From the IMG/VR virus record IMGVR_UViG_3300044946_000014: DNA of 20,000 bases; one strand, written 5' to 3'. Below, piece after piece: positions 14,466 to 20,000 of the stretch (the stretch's first letter is position 1; the number at the start of each line of letters is the position of its first letter). Source of the DNA: an uncultured virus (IMG/VR IMGVR_UViG_3300044946_000014). Its lineage: Duplodnaviria; Heunggongvirae; Uroviricota; Caudoviricetes. Under the pieces are notes generated by a model that saw nothing but the letters and a program-made list of their open reading frames with translations, was not told the DNA's origin and did not search any database. A program made the translations under genes and the position numbers.

Positions 14466-14702
14466 ATGACTGACGACGACGATTCATTCTGGCAGGCGCA
14501 GCAAGAACAGGAACAGCAGGAGCAAGAGGCCGCTGAGGCGCTGTATTGCTTCGAACATTTGGGAGCGAAAAATGCAAATCCGCAAAGCACAACGGAAAAA
14601 ATCGAAACTGAGGCTCGGAATCGCCGCGCCGAGCGGCGCGGGCAAGACGTTCTCCGCTCTGCTTTTGGCCTTCGGGATCGGCGGGAAGGTGGGCGTGATT
14701 GA
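14466..14702 (+). CDS. Acidic peptide overlapping the start of the ATPase gene
   Basis: AGGTG SD; MTDDDDSFWQAQQEQEQQEQEAAEA... Confidence 0.5.
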   Translation: MTDDDDSFWQAQQEQEQQEQEAAEALYCFEHLGAKNANPQSTTEKIETEARNRRAERRGQDVLRSAFGLRDRREGGRD

Positions 14703-15501
14703 CACTGAACATGGGTCGGCAGATCTGTACGAAGACCTTGGCGAATTCGATGTGATCAACATCGAGGCCCCGTACACGATTCAAAAGTACCGCGACGCCA
14801 TCAGCATGTTCGAGAAGGCCGAATACGACATCATCATCATTGATAGCCTGTCTCATGGGTGGGCTGGCGACGGCGGTCTGCTAGACAAACAGGGCAAGCT
14901 CGCCGACCGCGGCACGAATAGCTTCGCAGCCTGGCGCACGATCACACCCGAGCACAACGGGCTTGTGGAAGCCATGCTGACGAGCCCGTGCCACATCATC
15001 GCCACCATGCGCGCCAAACAGGAATACGTGCTGGAAACGAACGAGCGCGGCAAGCAGACGCCGAAGAAGGTTGGTCTTGCTCCGGTGCAGCGCGAGGGCA
15101 TGGAATACGAATTCACGGTGATGCTGGATATCGATATGAACCATATTGCTAGCACCAGCAAAGACCGCACGCGGCTTTTCGACGGACAACTGTTCAAGAT
15201 TGACCGCGCGCACGGCGAATCACTCCGCAACTGGCTGGAAAACGGCGTAGATCAAGTGCAAAAAGTTTCGGCAACGGAGCGCGACGAAATGCTTGATCTG
15301 ATGTCGGCGGCAGGACTGTCGGCGCAGCGGTTCTGCGAAAAATTCGAGATCGCAAGCGCCGCAGACTTGCCACGCGACAAGCTGGGCGAGGCGAAAGAGG
15401 CAATCGAATCTTTCCGCGCCGCACGCGATGCGGCTCGGGCTGCAAAGACGGCTATCCAACAAGATCAGCAACAAGACCAATTCGAAGACATCCCGCACTG
15501 A
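14572..15501 (+). CDS. sak4: Sak4-like AAA_24 ATPase (phage single-strand annealing recombinase)
   Basis: Walker A APSGAGKT, IDTEHGSA, Walker B IIIIDSLSH, HIIATMRAK, EYEFTV. Confidence 0.85.
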   Translation: MQIRKAQRKKSKLRLGIAAPSGAGKTFSALLLAFGIGGKVGVIDTEHGSADLYEDLGEFDVINIEAPYTIQKYRDAISMFEKAEYDIIIIDSLSHGWAGDGGLLDKQGKLADRGTNSFAAWRTITPEHNGLVEAMLTSPCHIIATMRAKQEYVLETNERGKQTPKKVGLAPVQREGMEYEFTVMLDIDMNHIASTSKDRTRLFDGQLFKIDRAHGESLRNWLENGVDQVQKVSATERDEMLDLMSAAGLSAQRFCEKFEIASAADLPRDKLGEAKEAIESFRAARDAARAAKTAIQQDQQQDQFEDIPH

Positions 15502-15508
15502 GGAATTC

Positions 15509-16288
15509 ATGGCAAACATTTTTCTCGATCTCGAAACGGTGCCGAGCCAAGATTCCGCCGTCCTCGAAGCGATTCGAGCCGATCTGCGCGAGAACTTCAA
15601 GGCTCCCTCCACGCTGACAAAGGAAAAGGCATGCGCCGAACTGGGTATGATCGATCCGGACAAGATCAAGTACACGTCGAAGGATAAGGCGCTAGAGATG
15701 TGGGTCGAGCGCTTCCGCGACGAGAAGCTCGAAGAAACGGCGCAGGAGGAATTGCATAAAACCAGTTTTGATGGCGGCAACGGGCATATCGCCGTTTTCG
15801 GGCTAGCGATTGACGACGGCGACGTGCATTCATTTGCGACGATGGATGCGGCTGGCGGGTTCGATATCAGTACTGAGTGCGCCATTGTCCGCGAGGCGTT
15901 CGATTCAATCTCGCATGCATTCGACCCATCCCGTGACACACGGCCCGTCTTCATCGGTCACAACATCACTGGCTTCGATCTGCGTTTTTTGTTTCAGCGT
16001 GCCGTCGTGCTGGGCATCAAGCCGCCGAGCATCATCCCTTTCAACGCCCGTCCGTGGGATGCGCACGTCTTCGACACGATGATCGCGTGGGCCGGCCTTG
16101 GCAACCGCGTGTCGCTCGACAATCTCTGCAAAGCATTGAGGATTGAAGGGAAGGGCGGTATCAGCGGTGCTGACGTCTGGCCGATGATCAAGGAAGGACG
16201 CATCGCGGAAGTGGCCGACTACTGCAAGCACGACGTCGATATCACACGCGAGGCGTTTTATCGGCTCAGCTTCCAACAAGCCGCCTAA
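15509..16288 (+). CDS. DnaQ/PolB-type 3'-5' exonuclease
   Basis: ExoI LDLET, ExoII GHNITGFDLRFL, FDTM, ExoIII YCKHDV; GAGGA SD. Confidence 0.85.
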   Translation: MANIFLDLETVPSQDSAVLEAIRADLRENFKAPSTLTKEKACAELGMIDPDKIKYTSKDKALEMWVERFRDEKLEETAQEELHKTSFDGGNGHIAVFGLAIDDGDVHSFATMDAAGGFDISTECAIVREAFDSISHAFDPSRDTRPVFIGHNITGFDLRFLFQRAVVLGIKPPSIIPFNARPWDAHVFDTMIAWAGLGNRVSLDNLCKALRIEGKGGISGADVWPMIKEGRIAEVADYCKHDVDITREAFYRLSFQQAA

Positions 16289-16387
16289 TCTTCCCTCCAC
16301 GCACCACCCACCCATACAGGAATAGGCCGACATAAGGGCGGCGTTTCTCCGAAGGGTGGAGTGGTGCGCCTATTTCCCCGTGGTGAT

Positions 16388-16417
16388 TTGGCCCGCTGGT
16401 ATAGGGGCCGATTTTTT
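16388..16417 (+). terminator. Possible intrinsic terminator
   Basis: TTGGCCC-10 nt-GGGCCGA followed by TTTTTT. Confidence 0.45.
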
Positions 16418-16445
16418 GCCATTGATGCTGTTCTACTGATTGAGG

Positions 16446-17678
16446 ATGACGATGACCCTCCGATTTGGATCGGTTTGCAGCGGTATTGAGGCGGCGAGCT
16501 GCGCCTGGCATCCGCTCGGCTTGCGCGCTGCATTCGTGAGCGAGATAGAACCGTTCCCGTCCGCTGTGCTGGCGCATCACTACCCGACCGTGCCGAACCT
16601 CGGCGACATGACCAAATTCAAGGAATGGCCCCATGCAGCTATTGATCTTCTCGTCGGCGGAACTCCCTGCCAAAGCTTTAGCGTCGCCGGACTTCGAAAG
16701 GGACTGGCTGACCCGCGTGGCAACCTCATGCTCACCTATCTTGCCATTGCTGAGCGCTACGCTCCCCGCTGGCTGGTCTGGGAAAACGTCCCCGGTGTGC
16801 TGTCGTCCAACGGCGGACGGGATTTTGGTGCCTTCCTCGGGACGCTGGCGCAGCTCGGGTATGGGTTCGCATACCGGGTTCTTGACGCTCAGTTCTTCGG
16901 AGTGGCCCAGCGACGCCGTCGTGTGTTCGTTGTCGGACATCTTGGAGACTGGCGACGTGCCGCAGCGGTACTTTTTGAGCGCGAAAGCCTGCTCGGGAAT
17001 CCTGCGCCGAGCCGCGAAACGGGGAAAGGAATTGCCCCCACCCTTAGCGCGCGCACTAAAGGCGGTGGCGGACTCGGAACCGACTTCGACTGTGACGGCG
17101 GCTTGATTGCTGGAGCCCTCTGCGCTGACTCGCACCCCGGTTCGTACAGTGGACAAGACGCCTATACCGGGCGCCTTGTCGCGCACGCACTCTGCGGCGA
17201 AGGATTCGACGCAAGCGAAGATGGCACGGGACGAGGCACGCCGCTCGTCCCTGTGCCTTTCGATACGACGCAAATCACGTCGCGTACCAATCGCAGTAAC
17301 CCACGCGCTGGCGATCCATGCCATCCGATTGCGGCTGGCGCTCATCCCCCGGCAATCGCTTTCGATTGCAAGGCATCCGGTCAAAACGGATTCGGTGTCG
17401 GTGAGATTGCCTCCACGATGAGAAGTATGGGCCATCACGGATCGCATCAGAACGGCGGCGGCCATCAGGCCGTCATGCATAGCACTGGAGTGCGCCGCCT
17501 CACTCCTCGCGAATGCGAACGGCTGCAAGGCTTCCCCGACGACTACACCCGCATCACCGTGCGCGGCAAACCCGCTGCCGATGGCCCGCGCTACAAGGCG
17601 CTCGGCAACAGCATGGCCGTGCCCGTCATGCGCTGGATTGGCGAGCGAATTGAGCTCGTCGAATCACTGACCATCTGA
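16446..17678 (+). CDS. DNA (cytosine-5)-methyltransferase
   Basis: SVCSGIEAAS (I), GGTPCQSFS (IV), WENVPG (VI), QRRRRVFVVG (VIII), RRLTPRECERLQGFPD (IX), YKALGNSMAVPV (X). Confidence 0.95.
   Translation: MTMTLRFGSVCSGIEAASCAWHPLGLRAAFVSEIEPFPSAVLAHHYPTVPNLGDMTKFKEWPHAAIDLLVGGTPCQSFSVAGLRKGLADPRGNLMLTYLAIAERYAPRWLVWENVPGVLSSNGGRDFGAFLGTLAQLGYGFAYRVLDAQFFGVAQRRRRVFVVGHLGDWRRAAAVLFERESLLGNPAPSRETGKGIAPTLSARTKGGGGLGTDFDCDGGLIAGALCADSHPGSYSGQDAYTGRLVAHALCGEGFDASEDGTGRGTPLVPVPFDTTQITSRTNRSNPRAGDPCHPIAAGAHPPAIAFDCKASGQNGFGVGEIASTMRSMGHHGSHQNGGGHQAVMHSTGVRRLTPRECERLQGFPDDYTRITVRGKPAADGPRYKALGNSMAVPVMRWIGERIELVESLTI
16633..17106 (+). CDS. Nested +1-frame ORF resembling the M.EcoHK31I-type methyltransferase beta polypeptide
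   Basis: AAGGA SD 8 nt upstream; SLSDILETGDVPQRYFLSAKACSGILRRAAKRGKELP motif. Confidence 0.65.
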   Translation: MQLLIFSSAELPAKALASPDFERDWLTRVATSCSPILPLLSATLPAGWSGKTSPVCCRPTADGILVPSSGRWRSSGMGSHTGFLTLSSSEWPSDAVVCSLSDILETGDVPQRYFLSAKACSGILRRAAKRGKELPPPLARALKAVADSEPTSTVTAA

Positions 17679-17686
17679 GGACCACC

Positions 17687-18835
17687 ATGACCGAACAACA
17701 ACACAGCCGCGCAGCCGTCCGCGTATGCGCAATCGCCGACGCCGAATGCTCGCGCAACTGCGGCACCGGGCCGTGCAAGCGCGAAACGTCAACTGTCGAG
17801 CAGCACGAAGCAGCGCCGGCCGACGACAAACTCGAACGACCAGCGCGTGTCGGCGGCCGGAATTATGTCGCTGGGGAGCTTAAACAGCAGGTCGTAGGTC
17901 GTGCATATGCCGAATATGACCGCTGGAAATCGCGCGCCCCGCTCGAAGGCACGGGCAATGGGGCGGATGAACGGGCGACCGAAGACGTTCCCACCGGTGC
18001 CATCGTCAATGGCAGAACGCTTGCCGATCGTCTGGAAGCGTATCCATTCGAAAGCGAAGGTGGTGATTTACGTCTTTGCTCCGATTGGGTGGAATTTCGT
18101 CGATGCTTCGAGCATTTGGCCGAATGGGCTCAGTTCCGCGCCCCTCGCACTGAGGTGGCGGGAGCGGTGGAGATCCAGGCCGGATGTGTACTGATCTCGG
18201 AAGCTGATCTCGAATCGTTTGTTCATCCGCAATACGGCCCGGGCGTGTTCTGTACCGAGGACTGTGTGAACAAGCTCGCACCCGCTCCCTCCGCAGATGC
18301 AGCGGCAGCGCCGGCAGACGAGCGGGCGATGTGCAATTGCGGCGTGTACTGCCAGGATCAGGGGCATGGAGATTGCCGCTATGATGCCCGCGCGGCAGCA
18401 TCGCAGCCCGCAGCGGCAGCGGGGCAAGAGGTGGCGCAATATCAGTATCGTCTCGTCACTCCGGACTATGAGGGCGAGTGGCACAACTGCAGTGCAGAAA
18501 AGATTAGAACGCTTCAAGAACAACCGACTCAAAAAAGCTTTGAAATACGTGAACTTTATACCGATGTGCCTGCGAAGCCTGAAGTAGAACCGCAGGCGCA
18601 AGCGGCCGGTATGTTCGTGAAACGCTCAATGTTCGGACCTTGGATCGAAGTTGACAAACCGGAACCCGGAGCCGTGCGGCTCTACACCGTCCCGCCCGCG
18701 CAGGTCGCCACTCGGAGGGATCTGACGGACGAGCAAGCTGCATCGATCTCATGGGCGATCCGCGCCGCGAAGGAGTGCGGTTATACGGCGGACGCCGAGG
18801 TGCTCCGCGCCCTTCTCGAAGGAGCCAAGCCGTGA
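17687..18835 (+). CDS. Mosaic accessory protein made of short modules joined by Ala/Pro-rich linkers
   Basis: GAGGA SD; shares three exact DNA linkers with 12089-12844. Confidence 0.8.
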   Translation: MTEQQHSRAAVRVCAIADAECSRNCGTGPCKRETSTVEQHEAAPADDKLERPARVGGRNYVAGELKQQVVGRAYAEYDRWKSRAPLEGTGNGADERATEDVPTGAIVNGRTLADRLEAYPFESEGGDLRLCSDWVEFRRCFEHLAEWAQFRAPRTEVAGAVEIQAGCVLISEADLESFVHPQYGPGVFCTEDCVNKLAPAPSADAAAAPADERAMCNCGVYCQDQGHGDCRYDARAAASQPAAAAGQEVAQYQYRLVTPDYEGEWHNCSAEKIRTLQEQPTQKSFEIRELYTDVPAKPEVEPQAQAAGMFVKRSMFGPWIEVDKPEPGAVRLYTVPPAQVATRRDLTDEQAASISWAIRAAKECGYTADAEVLRALLEGAKP

Positions 18836-19323
18836 GTGCCGTCATCTCTTCCTGCGGCCAGCACCGCCTGCGACTTGACCGCTGGGTAGCGAATTCGTGC
18901 GGCATGCTGACGTTCGCCTACTTCGGCGTCAATCCCGGTATGGCCGGCCCAGTGGTCAACGACCACACCGTGACCAAGCTGGGCGAGTTCACGCGCCGGC
19001 ACGGTGGCAACCACTTCATCATCGGTAACGCGTTCACGTACCGCGCCACTGATGTGCGCGCGCTGTACACCGTGATGCCGAACGACGCGGAGGCCGACCG
19101 GTATCTCGACGAGATTATCGCCGAGGCCGACATCCTAGTGCCAATGTGGGGCCGCACGAAGAAAGTGCCATCGCACCTGCTGCCACGCTTCGACGAGGTG
19201 GCAATCAAGATAATGGCGGCTGGCAAGCCTGTGCGCATCTTCGGCCGCACGGCGGACGGTGATCCCAAGCACCCACTCATGTTGGCGTACGAAACGCCTC
19301 TGATCGAATGGAGCCAAGCATGA
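18832..19323 (+). CDS. DUF1643 family protein
   Basis: SAVISSCG.HR..L.R, GVNP, NDHTV, GNAFTYRATD, T.DG.PKHPL; GTGA overlap. Confidence 0.85.
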   Translation: MSAVISSCGQHRLRLDRWVANSCGMLTFAYFGVNPGMAGPVVNDHTVTKLGEFTRRHGGNHFIIGNAFTYRATDVRALYTVMPNDAEADRYLDEIIAEADILVPMWGRTKKVPSHLLPRFDEVAIKIMAAGKPVRIFGRTADGDPKHPLMLAYETPLIEWSQA

Positions 19324-19895
19324 ATAAGACGCTGACGGATGAGCAGATCGAAGATGTACTCGCTGATGCAGGTATCGATTTCTACAGCCAGGGGAACGTT
19401 GCAGGTTCGGCAAAGGACCTATTCAACGGCATTCGCGCTTGTGTGATCCTCGCCGCTCAGCAGCCGGAGCCGTTCACCCTCACCAGCGCACTCGAATGGG
19501 CCGGCGTGCCCGACGTCTGTCGGAAGAATCCGGAGCCGCGCGCCGAGGTGACGCGACTTCGAGCCGAGATCGACCGCCTCAACGCGATCATCAACACACC
19601 ACATGCGGACGAATTTCTGCGAGCCGTGAGCATCGAGGCCGAGCACCAGCGGCAGCGCTGGAGCAGCGAACACGACGCTGGAAAGACGCCCGCTGACTGG
19701 TTCTGGCTTGTCGGCTACCTCGCAGGGAAAGCACTTCATGCGGCTGCGGCGTGCGATGCCAAGAAAGCCGAGCATCACATCATCACGACAAGCGCGGCAT
19801 GCGCAAATTGGCATCTGGCCCTGTTCGGCAAAACAGATATGAGACCTGGGATCGACGCCGCCCGCGCAGGAGAAGGCCATGCCGATCAAGCCTGA
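19320..19895 (+). CDS. Hypothetical protein with a possible MazG-like all-alpha C-terminal domain
   Basis: EAEHQRQRW..HDAGKTPADWFWLVGYLAGKAL; the fold call is tentative. Confidence 0.65.
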   Translation: MNKTLTDEQIEDVLADAGIDFYSQGNVAGSAKDLFNGIRACVILAAQQPEPFTLTSALEWAGVPDVCRKNPEPRAEVTRLRAEIDRLNAIINTPHADEFLRAVSIEAEHQRQRWSSEHDAGKTPADWFWLVGYLAGKALHAAAACDAKKAEHHIITTSAACANWHLALFGKTDMRPGIDAARAGEGHADQA

Positions 19896-20000
19896 AAACC
19901 GCGGTCGCTACCCATCCAACTGGCCCGAGATCCGCGCGCGCATCCTCGCGCGGGCCGGCAACCGCTGCGAGCAGTGCCGCGTCGCGAACGGCGATCACAT
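19879..20000 (+). CDS. HNH-like phage protein, N-terminal part (runs off the window)
   Basis: AGGAG SD; MPIKPENRGRYPSNWPEIRARILARAGNRCEQC. Confidence 0.7.
   Translation, partial: MPIKPENRGRYPSNWPEIRARILARAGNRCEQCRVANGDH

Larger units (their letters stand above)
1..20000. mobile_element. Lambdoid temperate phage/prophage early region (immunity, replication, recombination, accessory genes); both ends lie outside the window
   Basis: Divergent cI/cro with shared operators, cII-O-P order, Sak4 plus exonuclease, phage methyltransferase, and tightly coupled small ORFs with ATGA/TAATG overlaps. Confidence 0.95.

Noticed and set aside
16266..17528. 420-aa minus-strand ORF
   Set aside because: Antisense to the well-supported methyltransferase; no motifs
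16446..17678. Restriction-modification system
   Set aside because: No cognate restriction endonuclease next to it; orphan phage methyltransferases are common

Overview
The whole window is the early region of a lambdoid temperate phage or prophage. The gene style suggests a Burkholderiales host, but that is inference. The minus strand (1-5981) carries the rightward-type operon: cro, an inserted HNH-type endonuclease, a cII-like gene, replication initiator O and P-like loader, an Hjc-like resolvase, HTH genes, DUF4406 and a DUF5664-like nucleotide hydrolase. The immunity region (6016-6891) has a cI without a peptidase domain and matching operators. The plus strand carries a long PL-type operon with many small genes, a Sak4-like ATPase, a 3'-5' exonuclease, a C5 DNA methyltransferase and DUF1643. 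Four things stand out. (1) An incomplete diversity-generating retroelement: two tandem DUF1566/CLec target genes whose 88-nt 3' repeats differ only at codon positions 1-2, then a truncated avd, with an HNH endonuclease where TR and RT would be. (2) A ~1.2-kb apparently non-coding, densely folded RNA-like array (7551-8768), plus similar folded modules in later intergenic gaps. (3) Two unrelated mosaic genes that share three identical in-frame 24-34-bp linkers in the same order. (4) A nested out-of-frame ORF inside the methyltransferase, resembling the M.EcoHK31I beta subunit. All family calls are from motif recognition by eye; no database searches were run.
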